A stretch of DNA of 63,778 nt, the filler included, from Octopus bimaculoides (taxonomy: Eukaryota), in assembly GCF_001194135.2 (NCBI RefSeq). It is 7 parts of 7 records of this genome, joined end to end, with 100 filler letters (N's around TTAATTAATTAA, not from the genome) between each part and the next. Parts side by side here need not be neighbours in the genome. Positions count along the whole stretch, not along the records: positions 1 to 12,228 come from NC_068982.1; positions 12,329 to 34,372 come from NC_068998.1; 5 more parts are not named here. One strand, given 5' to 3'. Below are positions 11,907 to 23,415 of the stretch, piece after piece. Below the pieces are notes generated by a model. It was not told the DNA's origin and did not search any database. It saw only the letters and a program-made list of their open reading frames with translations. Every line of letters starts with the position of its first letter. Within the stretch, counting starts at the first letter, position 1. The position numbers were made by a program, and so were the translations under genes.

Positions 11907-11957
11907 TTTGTCAGTGAACAGGTCGCGGTCTCAAAGCGACGAAAATATTTTGGCAAA
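11907..11957 (+). ncRNA. Hammerhead-like motif with G3:C8 core variant
   Basis: tttgtca-GTGAACA-G-GTCGC(ggtctcaaa)GCGAC-GAAA-ATAT-TT-tggcaaa; 7-bp stem I, 5-bp stem II, palindromic stem III. Confidence 0.6.
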
Positions 11958-12228
11958 TTAAATTTAAATGTTGAAGTGAATCTAACGGTTTTTGTGTGTT
12001 TCTTAAATGGCTTATAAACACCTTCCAAGCTGCAATTGTTAATATTATTATCATTTACAGAATATACATATATATATATATTATAATTTTCCCAGAGGAT
12101 GTAGCAACCGTTACCAATATAGCATAAGACCTTACCTTAGGAGATCATTAACTAGATTCCTTAAGGGTCGTTCTCACAGTTTATATTTATATTATAAGGT
12201 TTTTAAACTTTTAAATTTTCATATTCAA

Positions 12229-12328
12229 NNNNNNNNNNNNNNNNNNNNNNNNNNNNNNNNNNNNNNNNNNNNTTAATTAATTAANNNNNNNNNNNNNNNN
12301 NNNNNNNNNNNNNNNNNNNNNNNNNNNN
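12229..12328. other. Artificial scaffold linker 44N-TTAATTAATTAA-44N
   Basis: Exact 100-bp block with stops in all six frames; recurs six times. Confidence 0.95.
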
Positions 12329-13365
12329 TTTTTTGCATATTCGTAATTTCCGACATCTAAAACGTAGGGATCCGGAATTTTTTTCCGAAAAAAAAAATGA
12401 TGCGTTTTTCAAGGAGAGGTACGAAAGGTACTGTACTATATGCAGCAATGAAGAAATATCCAGAATTGTTTGGATAATCTCATTAATTTTTCTACTCTGA
12501 GATAGCCTATAAATGTTGCCTGCATCTTCTGCAAATTACACTCTAATGTCTTTAAAAGAAATTTTTTTAAAAAATAAACACAAAGACCGCTGTTTGAAAA
12601 CGTGCACTTCTCGCCTGCTTTAGAAGTGACTATAAAGGGGAACAACTTTAGGCTTACAAGACTTATGCCTAATGTAACATATTGGCTCTTAAAGTAGTTT
12701 GATGTTTCGTGTTACTTTTTTCAGTCATTGGACTGTGGCCATGCTGTAACAACGCCTTCAAGGGTTATAGCCAAACAAATTCTTGTTTCTTTTCTTTCTT
12801 TTTTTTTTTCAAGTTTGGTACTTATCCTATTTCTCTTCTTTTATACGTTTCAGCCCTAAGGCTATGGTTATTTGCTGAACCGCTAAGTTACAGGGACGTA
12901 AACAAATCAACACATCTTTTTTTCTTCCACTTCCTTCCTAAAGACAAGATGTGCTTTTACCTGTCTTTTCTCAAAACTCGTTTTTCCAGCGTTCACCGCT
13001 TCACATCGTCTTGGCCTAACAGCCCTCACTGTTTTCTTCTCATTGTCCTGTTTTCTTCTCATTGTCCTGTTTTTGTTACCACTTTCACCCTCTGCAAAAG
13101 ATCCCAAATTTTATTTAATTTGCTTTGCGGGAAGGACTTTTTCTTCTTCTTTTTCTTTTTACAAACATTTTGTTGTATGGCCGTTGACTGTTCATTGAGT
13201 TCCTGCGCCCTTTGACAGGTCTTATTTTTTATCCCGCTGGGTGTCCAACACACACAACCTCCTCACCAAGCAAGCCAGGTGGGGTTGCCAGTTTAGTCGC
13301 CGACAACCCGACCATGCAACAGGTTGTACTGGGTTATATTACCAATAGCACTCTAGAGTGACCTG

Positions 13366-13406
<41 letters not shown>

Positions 13407-14545
13407 NNNNNNNNNNNNNNNNNNNNNNNNNNNNNNNNNNNNNNNNNNNNNNNNNNNNNNNNNNNNNNNNNNNNNNNNNNNNNNNNNNNNNNNNNNNNNN
13501 NNNNNNNNNNNNNNNNNNNNNNNNNNNNNNNNNNNNNNNNNNNNNNNNNNNNNNNNNNNNNNNNNNNNNNNNNNNNNNNNNNNNNNNNNNNNNNNNNNNN
13601 NNNNNNNNNNNNNNNNNNNNNNNNNNNNNNNNNNNNNNNNNNNNNNNNNNNNNNNNNNNNNNNNNNNNNNNNNNNNNNNNNNNNNNNNNNNNNNNNNNNN
13701 NNNNNNNNNNNNNNNNNNNNNNNNNNNNNNNNNNNNNNNNNNNNNNNNNNNNNNNNNNNNNNNNNNNNNNNNNNNNNNNNNNNNNNNNNNNNNNNNNNNN
13801 NNNNNNNNNNNNNNNNNNNNNNNNNNNNNNNNNNNNNNNNNNNNNNNNNNNNNNNNNNNNNNNNNNNNNNNNNNNNNNNNNNNNNNNNNNNNNNNNNNNN
13901 NNNNNNNNNNNNNNNNNNNNNNNNNNNNNNNNNNNNNNNNNNNNNNNNNNNNNNNNNNNNNNNNNNNNNNNNNNNNNNNNNNNNNNNNNNNNNNNNNNNN
14001 NNNNNNNNNNNNNNNNNNNNNNNNNNNNNNNNNNNNNNNNNNNNNNNNNNNNNNNNNNNNNNNNNNNNNNNNNNNNNNNNNNNNNNNNNNNNNNNNNNNN
14101 NNNNNNNNNNNNNNNNNNNNNNNNNNNNNNNNNNNNNNNNNNNNNNNNNNNNNNNNNNNNNNNNNNNNNNNNNNNNNNNNNNNNNNNNNNNNNNNNNNNN
14201 NNNNNNNNNNNNNNNNNNNNNNNNNNNNNNNNNNNNNNNNNNNNNNNNNNNNNNNNNNNNNNNNNNNNNNNNNNNNNNNNNNNNNNNNNNNNNNNNNNNN
14301 NNNNNNNNNNNNNNNNNNNNATATATTTCAGTATAAAGAATTCATTAAGGTGCTTAGATCAAAATTTCTTTACACATCATTCCAGAACAGATATAACATC
14401 AGAAAAAATACATTCCGTTTAAAAACACAAACCGTTCATGGCGAAAAAATTTCACAATTACAAAAAAAAACGAACAAAATTTTTAAAGTTTTAGCAAAAA
14501 GAATGCCATTACCTACATACAGGCATCCGCGTGTGCGTGTGTATG

Positions 14546-14592
<47 letters not shown>

Positions 14593-14769
14593 TCATCATT
14601 GTTTAACGTCCGCTTTCCATGCTATATATACATACATATATACATATATGAAGAATGGCTGGTGGTGGAGTAGGTACGCAGATGATACCAGTTGTATGGA
14701 AACCTAATAGTTTAAACTATTAGTTTTACCACTTCAAGCGTGCTAGCAGTCACTTTATACTATTAAAAT

Positions 14770-15062
14770 TTTTTGCACTGTGCTCATACAGGGGACATAA
14801 ACAAACCAGCACCAGTTATCAAGTTATGGGGTGGGACAAACTCTAACACATACACACACACATACTTATGTATATATATATATATATTTATGACAGGCTT
14901 CCACACAGTTTCTGTCTACCAAATTCACTCACAAGGCATTGGTTGACCCTGGGTCATTGAAGAACATAATTGCCCAAGCTGCCTGTACTGGGACTGAATC
15001 TGAAACCTGAAAAATCGTTGCAAAGTGAGTTTCTTAACCACACAGCTATTCCTGCACCTATA
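14770..15062 (-). mobile_element. SINE family C (CORE-like), decayed
   Basis: Reverse complement of the head gtgtggttaagaa..cttgggcaa..gtgagtgaatttggtagacagaaact. Confidence 0.75.
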
Positions 15063-15099
15063 AAATGTAGAAATATATTTTATAAATTCATCCTCCTCC

Positions 15100-15455
15100 A
15101 GGTGCAGACATGACTGTGTGGGAAGAGATTTGCTTCACAGTCACATGGTTCTAGGTTCAGTCTCACTGCATGACACTTTGGCAAATATCTTCTATAGTTT
15201 CAGGCTGACCAAAGCCTTGTGAATGGATTTGGTAGACGGAAAGTAAAAGAAGCCTGTTGTATATATGTGTGTGTGTGTGTGTGTGTGTTTATGTCCCTAT
15301 AAATTAGTGGTTCAACAAAAGAGACTGATAGAATAAGTACCAGGTTTAAAAGGAAGATAAGTGCTGGGGGTCAATTAGTCTGACTAAAATTCCTCAAGGC
15401 AATGCCCCAGCCTGGTTGCTGTCTAGTGACTAAAATAAGTCAAAGAATAAAAGAA
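15100..15455 (+). mobile_element. SINE family C (CORE-like) with internal (TG)n and tail type 1
   Basis: tRNA-like head, gacactttggcaa CORE-like segment, gtgaatggatttggtagacggaa, microsatellite, then aaaagagactgatagaataagtacc tail. Confidence 0.8.
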
Positions 15456-15985
15456 TCAAAATGGAGCAAGAATGTTGAATTCTAAATTCCTTTGACAATG
15501 TATTGTGGCAAAGTCAAAGTTTGCTATGACTGATAAAATATAACATATGTTTTCATTCTGTCAACACTGACAAATGACATTTAACAACTGGAGCTAAAAT
15601 ATAATTTATCTATTAGAGATTATTTATATTTCACCAATGACAATTTGTTTAGCTATCTCTAAATTATGTCACATCTCTTTATAACAAATATTTTATCTAG
15701 AAATTGAAGTTGTTTTATAGACTCATCTTATTGCACAGCAGTTACTGTGTTCATGAACAACAAGAATGACGATAATTTTTTCTATTATTTATACAAGGCC
15801 TAAAATATTTGTAGGGAAGGGATTAGTTGCTTATATTGACCCCAACGTTCAAGTGGTACTTATTTTATCGACCCTGACAAAGTTGACCACAGAATTTGAA
15901 CTTGGAAAATAAAGATAAACAAAGTACTTGGAAGCATTGTGTCTGGCATGTAACAATTCAATGAGGTTGCTTACCTTATCATAAT

Positions 15986-16230
15986 TGTTGTTGGCACTCC
16001 GTTGAGGGTTCCAGTTGATCCGATCAACGGAACAGCCTGCTCGTGAAATTAACGTGCAAGTGGCTGAGCACTCCACAGACATGTGTACCCTTAAGGTAGT
16101 TTTCAGGGATATTCAGCGTGACACAGTGTGACAAGGCTGACCCTTTGAATTACAGGCACAACAGAAACAGGAAGTAAGAGTGAGAGAAAGCTGTGGTGAA
16201 AGAGTACAGCAGGGTTTGCCACCATCCCCT
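15986..16230 (-). mobile_element. SINE family A (5' part lost in gap)
   Basis: Reverse complement of the family A body and tail. Confidence 0.9.
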
Positions 16231-16757
16231 NNNNNNNNNNNNNNNNNNNNNNNNNNNNNNNNNNNNNNNNNNNNNNNNNNNNNNNNNNNNNNNNNNNNNN
16301 NNNNNNNNNNNNNNNNNNNNNNNNNNNNNNNNNNNNNNNNNNNNNNNNNNNNNNNNNNNNNNNNNNNNNNNNNNNNNNNNNNNNNNNNNNNNNNNNNNNN
16401 NNNNNNNNNNNNNNNNNNNNNNNNNNNNNNNNNNNNNNNNNNNNNNNNNNNNNNNNNNNNNNNNNNNNNNNNNNNNNNNNNNNNNNNNNNNNNNNNNNNN
16501 NNNNNNNNNNNNNNNNNNNNNNNNNNNNNNNNNNNNNNNNNNNNNNNNNNNNNNNNNNNNNNNNNNNNNNNNNNNNNNNNNNNNNNNNNNNNNNNNNNNN
16601 NNNNNNNNNNNNNNNNNNNNAATACAGTTAATGCTGGGCGGTCATAAAAATGTTATTCCCTGTGACATATTTCATCCGGTTTAATCGTAATTTATACGCA
16701 TACATTGTTTATATAATAAATTACGCTGTGCGTATCTATGTGTGTAACAATTCTAGA

Positions 16758-16818
16758 GTTAGGGTTAGTTTTAGGGTTAGGGTTACGGTTACGGTTAACA
16801 GTCTAATTAGGGTTAGGG
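16758..16818 (+). repeat. Degenerate interstitial (TTAGGG)n-like repeats
   Basis: gttagggttagttttagggttagggttacggttacggtt..ttagggttagggg. Confidence 0.75.
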
Positions 16819-17499
16819 GATTAATACGATATACAGCGCTAACTGTTTTCAACTGAATAGACGTCAGTGATTAGTAGAAATTATCGAAATAAGACAATTT
16901 TTTACATGAAATAAATTCGAATACAAAAATATTTTGTATTCTATGACACAAAATAGATAAGTATACGAAGTTTGAAAGTCTTTCCGTACCAAAAACACTA
17001 CATAAAACATAAATGAGAACTGGCGCCCCCGTTTTAAAATAGATCCTATTAAAGTAGTAGAAAAAGAAAAAGGAAATACAGACAGCTTCTAACAATGGAG
17101 AAAATTTTACAAAAGTTGTCTTATAGACTCAACTTATCGCACAGCAGTTATTGTGTTTAATGACAAAGGGTAAGAGGCTCTGTGGTGTCTTACAGCTTAT
17201 TATTCTTGTTCCTTACATTGGCAAGGGGTGTTTATTTTGGTCTCCGTAAGCTTGATATTTTTGAGTGGTTTTTAAGTGTGAGAGGCTTATAATATATGCC
17301 TGCATCACTGCATTTATTAATTGTTTGCCTCTTTTGCCGTCTTTGTAGAAAATGGACAACATTTTGGAATATTTTGGTTTGATTTGCTTCAATTTCTGTG
17401 GTATTTTTAAGAATGTGGTAACAAAACAAAGGAAGTTAGAACTACAAAAGAAAATCCAAATGTCTTTTAACCCTTTAGCAACCAGATTATTCTATCAAA

Positions 17500-19190
17500 T
17501 GTGGTGATACTGCTAAGGAAAGAAATCAAAAAAGGGGATCAAATAGAAAATTTTAGGACCATAACTTTGTTAAATGCAGATTTCAAGATTTTGGCCAAAG
17601 TGTTAGCAAAGAGGTTGGCACTTGTTGAGGAACTGACTGATGATGCGCAAACATGCGCCATCCCAAGCAGAACTATCCATGACAAACCTCCACTTCATGC
17701 AATACATCATAGACTGGTTAGCTAAAGAACCTGGCATAGGTGTGACCCTGATCAATCTCTTCAATAGGGTTGACCACCAATACTTAGTAGTTGGTTTTGG
17801 TCCCATTTTCCATAGCTGGATTGCTGCAATGTACATCTGCTTAGTAGCTTGGGTGAATGGTTACCTTTCAGAACCATTCAGCATCATGCACTTAGTCCAT
17901 TGAGATTGTTTCTCATCTTTTCTGTATGTACTGGCTCTAGAGCCACTACTGCATAAATTGGTGTTGAGAAAGATGTTGTATAAGCTCGGTTATGGAAATC
18001 CATAGGGGCATACACAGATGATGTCACTGTCATAGTGTCACAACACACCAGGCACATACACCAGATCAGCACTGTTCTTAAAGAATATGAGGCGGTGACA
18101 GCAAAAATTAACCAAGAAAGGTCAGTGGGCTTGCAGCTCAGAATGTGGAGGGGATGATCCATGCTGTTCAATAATGTCATGGGACACTGGATGGAAGGAC
18201 CAGTTAAATTACTTGGGGTCTGGTTTGGTCCAGCTCTCCAGGTAAAGAACTCAAATGAGGTGACAAGCAGGGTCACTAATCTCACCCAGAAGTGGGCCAA
18301 GAGAAAACTATTTCTGAAAAGTTGAGCAGAGGCTTAGGCTACATCTCCAGCACTTCCTTGATGGGGAACAAGTGTGGTCACTGTGGCTCATCTCTTTGTG
18401 CTGCAGTCCTTGATGAAACATAGACTGAGGCAGGGTACCTAGAGTATTTTCAGGTGCTCACAGTTGGGCTATACAGTGAAAGTTCCACTTTGGTGTTCTG
18501 TAGAGGGTTGATGATAGGCCGATGCGATGATGTTCTTGGGGAGGCTCTGGGTATCAATGAGAATTAACTAATTGGTCTGTTCCAGAGAACTTTCAGCCTA
18601 GGGCCCATGGATAACTTCCAGAAACCTTTGGCCTGGCAGTGCAATGGGGTGTGTGGGGGGCATTGCTAGTTCAAGATAAACTCGACAGACATGGAAGTGC
18701 TGTCAGCTGGGCTTGCCAAGATATGTGCAGGGCAATAAAACTTTTTTCCATGCATTGCTGACTTGTGGGTTTATGTTACATGTAGAACAAACCTGGTTAT
18801 CAGCTGAGGCTATTATGAAGATCGTTCTGCTTCTTTCCTTCGATTGAGAAGGGAAGGCAGAATTTCTTTGTCTGGTAGTCTTAGTGAAAGATGTGTTGTG
18901 GACCAGATTGAAGAGACTAGATAGATACTTTCCTCTTTGACCAAGCCCTTAACATTTTTTAAGTTCCACTTGAAAAATAAAGTGAAGTAGAAAAGGAGGT
19001 GCTACCTCCCAGCAATTTTGTTGAAAAGTTGGTGAATGTGGCAAGAATCATCCAAGTGAATAAACCTACTCTAAGCATGCAACTGTAAATTGAAAGAAAA
19101 TAATGTTGAGAAGGCACTTGCTCTACTAGTCAGAGCAACTGTAGTTTTATGGGGTTTTCATGAGCAGCCCTAGGAAGTCTCTCTCTTTTG
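17500..19190 (+). mobile_element. Tx1/L1-clade LINE, decayed RT and 3' region
   Basis: NFRTITLLNADFKILAKVLAKRL, QTCAIPSRTIHD, FNRVDHQYL, AYTDDVT, KLLGVWFG across frameshifts. Confidence 0.9.
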
Positions 19191-19204
19191 AGGAATTTAT
19201 TAAG

Positions 19205-19400
19205 ACGGTGAGCTGGCAGAACCGTTAGCACACTGAGCAAAATGCTTAGTGGAATATTGTCTGTCTTTATGTTCTGAGTTCAAATTCTGCCGAGGTCAAC
19301 TTTGCCTTTCATCCATTCAGGGTTGATAAATTAATTCCGTGAAACACTGGGGTTGATGTAAACCTCAGGCCTTGTGCCTTTAGTAGAAATTATCATTATA
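19205..19400 (+). mobile_element. SINE family B
   Basis: ggtgagctggcagaaccgttagcac..ttctgagttcaaattctgccgaggtcaactttgcc. Confidence 0.9.
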
Positions 19401-19759
19401 TAAGATGTGACTTGGATCATGAAAAATAAGTTCCCCTATCTCTTTGTTTTCATATTACATGATGGTTGTAAAAGAACATCACCATCATACAAGTGGTGTT
19501 GTTCATTTCCAATTTTCTGCAGAAACACATCTGGCTTTGAGAGAAATATTACCTTATTTGAAAACAGGTGAGTGGTTGGGACTGGAAGGGCACCTGGCGA
19601 AGGAAACTCTGCTTCAATGAATTTTGTATGCGCTATGCAAGGACGGAGAAAGTAGACATTAAAATGATGATGTTGTCAATGAATTGTGTCTCAATGAAGG
19701 TTTTGGTTACTATATTTAGCAAGTCAAATGACTATGTAGCAAACTCATAAGAGGTGGAG

Positions 19760-20380
19760 AGAGAACGTAAGTTCGTTTTGCCTGAACATGAGAAATTATT
19801 GATTTCTCATTGGTTAAAAATTACTGCCCATATACGAATTCTGAACTTCGTTGAAGAAGTTGTTCACGGGGTTACGGTTCTATGATTCGTGTATGAGTAG
19901 TTATAAAAACCCTGATTTTCGGCAAACTCTCCAGTGATCGTTGGATGCCACTCAAATCCACGACACTCACCCTCTTGAGTATCGGCTAATATTTATGTTC
20001 AATACTCAAATCCGACAATATTTAATTGTTGTGAACTCTTATAGCTAGAACGAAAGATTAGTTAGTATAAAATTTAAGTTGTAATTCTCTACGACGAAAT
20101 GACTTTTACTTCTCGTTTCTTTCAACTTGTTGAATTTATTTCTGTATATTAATGAAACTGTATTTTTTTATGTGTAACGGTCAAAAAAATGTAATCTATA
20201 TCTTCAACATACATGTACGTATGAACGTGCGTTCATACGTACAACTACATAAGGCTGATTTATGGTCTGCGATTTTTTAATACACTGTTACTCATTACAA
20301 TTGAGTCTCAAGGAAGGAAAGAGAGATGGTGTCTACTATGTTCTGATTTCTTTTTTCTTTATATTTGCGACTTTGTGCTG
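19760..20380. promoter_or_regulatory. CpG-retaining unique segment, candidate promoter or first intron
   Basis: Roughly 17 CpGs in 19760-20110 against near-zero in the flanks; inverted CCAAT near 19810; GTAAGT donor at 19767 (+) and GTGAGT donor near 19970 (-). Confidence 0.3.
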
Positions 20381-20753
20381 TACCTTATTGAATTCAATCA
20401 AGTGAGGTTTTAATACTATCTGGGTGAAACAACCTCTTTGATCTCAGTGAATAAATGAAAGCAATGTTCTCTTTGTCATTTATAATAGAATGCACCCAGT
20501 ACACTCTGTACCATAAAAAGACGGTTAGTGGTGTTGCTAAGTTGTCCAGCTGTAGAAAACATGCCCAAAACAGAACTTGTGAGCAAGATATCCCTGACCC
20601 ACCTAGGTTGGCAAGTAGCTTTGCACAAAAACTGAGTTGGACCCTGATGACTCATCCAACCTATTGTCATCATTTAATATCTGTTTTCCTATGTACAGAA
20701 AAATAAACATAAAAGAATGATGGTGATATCCTAGTGCTAGACCCAATGTTGGT

Positions 20754-21133
20754 GGAGGCGCAATGGCCCAGTGGTTAGGGCAGTGGACTCGCAGTCATAA
20801 GATCACGGTTTCGATTCCCAGACCAGGCGTTGTGAGTGTTTATTGAGCAAAAACACCTAAAGCTCCACGAGGCTCCGGCAGGTGGGGGTGGCGAACCCTG
20901 CTGTACTCTTCCACCACAACTTTCTCTCACTCTTACTTCCTGTTTCTGTTGTACCTGTATTTCAAAGGGTCAGCATTGTCACACTGTGTCACATTGAATA
21001 TCCCCGAGAACTATGTTAATGGAACACGTGTCTGTGGAGTGCTCAGCCACTTGCATGTTAATTTCACAAGCAGGCTGTTCCGTTGATCGGATCAACCGGA
21101 ACCCTCGAAGTCGTAAGCGACGGAGTGCCAACA
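20754..21133 (+). mobile_element. SINE family A, full length (about 380 bp)
   Basis: ggaggcgcaatggcccagtggttagggcag head with B-box ggtttcgattccc, through the gtgccaaca tail. Confidence 0.92.
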
Positions 21134-21167
21134 AGATACAATGTTGTGTCTTCAGATATAATAACAT

Positions 21168-21352
21168 CTAATCCTTTATCATTTAAACTGATAAGATCTG
21201 GCCTGTCATATCTTACCTTACAATATCATACTAAAACTCAACAATCACATCATTGAAATCTTGAAGCTATGAAATATTGCATAAATAATTCAAACTGACA
21301 TGAATAAATAAGCATTGCATTTGACAGACTAATCTGAATGCTAAAGGGTTAA
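21168..21352. mobile_element. piggyBac-like MITE (TTAA-CCC termini)
   Basis: Ends tgctaaagggTTAA; degenerate left end ctaatcctttatca; related to 26219-26476 and to a terminus at 17467. Confidence 0.55.
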
Positions 21353-21459
21353 TATAATGATATAGCTAAGAAATTCTTGAGCAAACGCAGCCTTGTAAGT
21401 TGACTTTTTCTTAGAGTTTAGCCATTTTACCATTCATTTTAATGATAGTGTTTATAGGT

Positions 21460-21990
21460 GAAGGCATAGCTTTGTGATTAAGAAGCTTGCTTCTCAACTA
21501 TGTAGTCTTGGGTTCAGTCTCGCTTCACAGCAGCTTGGGCAGGTGTTTTCTTGTATAGCCCTGGGTTAACCAAAACCTTGTGAGTGGATTTGGTAGTTGG
21601 AAAAACTGAAAGAAGCCCATTATATATATATATATATATATATATAATGGGCTTCTTTNNNNNNNNNNATATATATATATACACACACACACATATATAT
21701 ACATACATATACACACACATATATACACACACACACACACACACATATGCTTGTGTGTGTCCATGTCTAGACATGATGGCTGCAAATGTTGTAAATGGGC
21801 ATCATCATACAAGTGAGGTTACTCATTTCCAGTCTTCCATGAAAAACATATCTGGCCATGAGGAAATATTACCTTGCTTGGAAACCGGTGAGAGTTGGTG
21901 ACAGGAAGAGCACCCTGCCATAGAAAAATCTGCCTCAACAAATTTCTGTCTGACTTGTGTAGGCATAAAAAAAGGGTCCATTAAATGGTG
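21460..21990 (+). mobile_element. SINE family C head, (TA/CA)n, and RTE-like tail type 2
   Basis: Family C head to gaaaaactgaaagaagccc, microsatellite, then ..ggaagagcaccctgccatagaaa..aaatggtgatgatg. Confidence 0.7.
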
Positions 21991-22429
21991 ATGATGTTTT
22001 GTAGCATAGTTACAGAGCCTCAGAATTTTGTGGGGAGCACAATTGATTAACATCTGCCTAAAAGGATAACAGACTAAGTTAAACCCTACTGAGAGTAGAA
22101 ACCAGAACATGAAGAGCTATGAATAAATACCTAAAGGTATTTTTGTTCACTCTACTATTTCTGCCTCACCCCTACCCTTCAGATCCTACTAAGATCAATG
22201 AACTATGTAACAGCTGTCAGTTTAATGCTTATTTCTTACAAGGCCACAGTGACTTTTTAGGTTAAAAAGTGCATTCCACTGAATTAACCATTCACTGCAT
22301 CTCACCTTTTCCCTTTATCCCAAGCACAAAGGTGAATTGGTTTGCAGTAAGATTTGAAACTCAGAACACAAAAGGGGCGCAACTAAATACTGAATTTTCG
22401 TCCAATACTGTCTTGTTTCTTTCTCACCT

Positions 22430-22815
22430 TGTTTTGTTAATTTGACACGAAGCTCACTTTGTGGTTTCAGGTTCTGTCCCACTCAGTGACACCTTGGGCA
22501 GATTGTCCTTTACTGTAGCCCAGAGTTAACCAATCCATTGTGAGTGAACTTGGTAGACAGAGACTATGTGAAAGCCTGTCGTGTGTGTATGTCTTTATGC
22601 TGTTTGTCTTCCACCCACTATCACTGCTTTACAACTAGTGTTGGTTTGTTTACATCCCCCCCCCCATAATGTTGCAGTTTGCCAAATGACATCAACGTAA
22701 TAAGTACCAGGCTTAAAAAAATATAAGTATTGAGATTGATCTGTTTGACTAAAACACTTCAGGGTGGTGCTCAAGCATGGCCACAGTCCAATGACTGAAA
22801 TAAGTTAAACCTAAA
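22430..22815 (+). mobile_element. SINE family C with tail type 1
   Basis: gacaccttgggcag CORE-like segment; ..taagtaccagg..gcatggccacagtccaatgactgaaataag tail. Confidence 0.8.
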
Positions 22816-22867
22816 GGATAAAAAGTATACGTAAATCTGACTCCTGATTTCTATTTTCTTATTTCAG

Positions 22868-22928
22868 GATAACCAAGTGATCGGCATTGGGAGCGGGTCT
22901 ACTATTGCTTATGCTGTGGAAAGACTTG
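22868..22928 (+). CDS. RPIA: Ribose-5-phosphate isomerase A, internal exon (DNQVIGIGSGSTIAYAVERL)
   Basis: tttcAG acceptor 22866-67 and GTAAGT donor 22929; 61 nt, phase 0 to 1; contains the RpiA GIGSGST motif. Confidence 0.96.
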
Positions 22929-23088
22929 GTAAGTCTAATTGTTTAGTTGATGTTCTTCACAAAACCATGTGAGTGGATTTGGCAGACAATAACTGAAAGA
23001 AGTCCTTTCTATCTGTCTGTCTGTCTGTCTATTTATCTTTCTGTATATATATNNNNNNNNNNNNNNNNNNNNNNNNNNNNNNNNNNNN

Positions 23089-23122
<34 letters not shown>

Positions 23123-23129
23123 TTAAGGA

Positions 23130-23415
23130 ATGGAGTAAACGCATGTTATAACTGCATACTTTATTCCGACATATGTTTCGAAAAATTACAATTTATGCGA
23201 TCCATAGGAATTGTCGATGTTAAAAATGTAAACTTCTCCTCAGGGAATGTATGGGAACCATCTTAAACAGAATACATTATGACCGAGTATAACTATAGTT
23301 GGAGAAGGTTATAACGTAATTCATTTGAAAAATCCGTTGGAGATTAGGACGCTACCAGATAGTATGTTGGACAAGAAGGGAAGAAAAGAAAAAAGAAAAA
23401 AAGAGAAAGAAAATT
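23130..23415 (-). mobile_element. PLE pseudo-LTR-type repeat, with an inverted partial copy at 23696-23752 running into a gap
   Basis: Contains a canonical HHR; 23367-23415 is the reverse complement of 23696-23752. Confidence 0.65.
23163..23248 (-). ncRNA. Type I hammerhead ribozyme motif
   Basis: attcc-CTGAGGA-GAAG(about 49-nt loop)TTTC-GAAA-CATATG-TC-ggaat; 5-bp stem I, palindromic stem III, GUC triplet. Confidence 0.8.

Larger units (their letters stand above)
11710..12040. mobile_element. Spacer-less palindrome (11766-12040) with a one-sided extension; PLE pseudo-LTR-like
   Basis: Near-perfect reverse-complement arms centred at about 11900; each arm carries a hammerhead-like fold. Confidence 0.7.

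Noticed and set aside
11751-12028. Two near-identical ORFs on opposite strands (MEGVYKPFKKHTKTVR..)
   Set aside because: A direct consequence of the DNA palindrome; no coding evidence.
14321-14349. Possible end of RPIA exon 1 (IFQYKEFIK|gtgctt)
   Set aside because: Only EFIK resembles the expected AVDxxVK ending; weak donor; upstream sequence is a gap.
14704-14723. 20-bp perfect palindrome ctaatagtttaaactattag
   Set aside because: AT-rich, isolated and without supporting context.
20754-20830. tRNA-like sequences at SINE heads
   Set aside because: They continue into SINE bodies and lack a complete cloverleaf; not tRNA genes.
21609-21658. Perfect palindrome aaagaagcccat(TA)n atgggcttcttt
   Set aside because: Centred on (TA)n and ending at a 10-N gap; typical strand-flip assembly artefact.
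22095-22136. RAMNKYLK|gtattt as RPIA exon 1
   Set aside because: In-frame TGA directly upstream, and the sequence looks like a decayed family B SINE.
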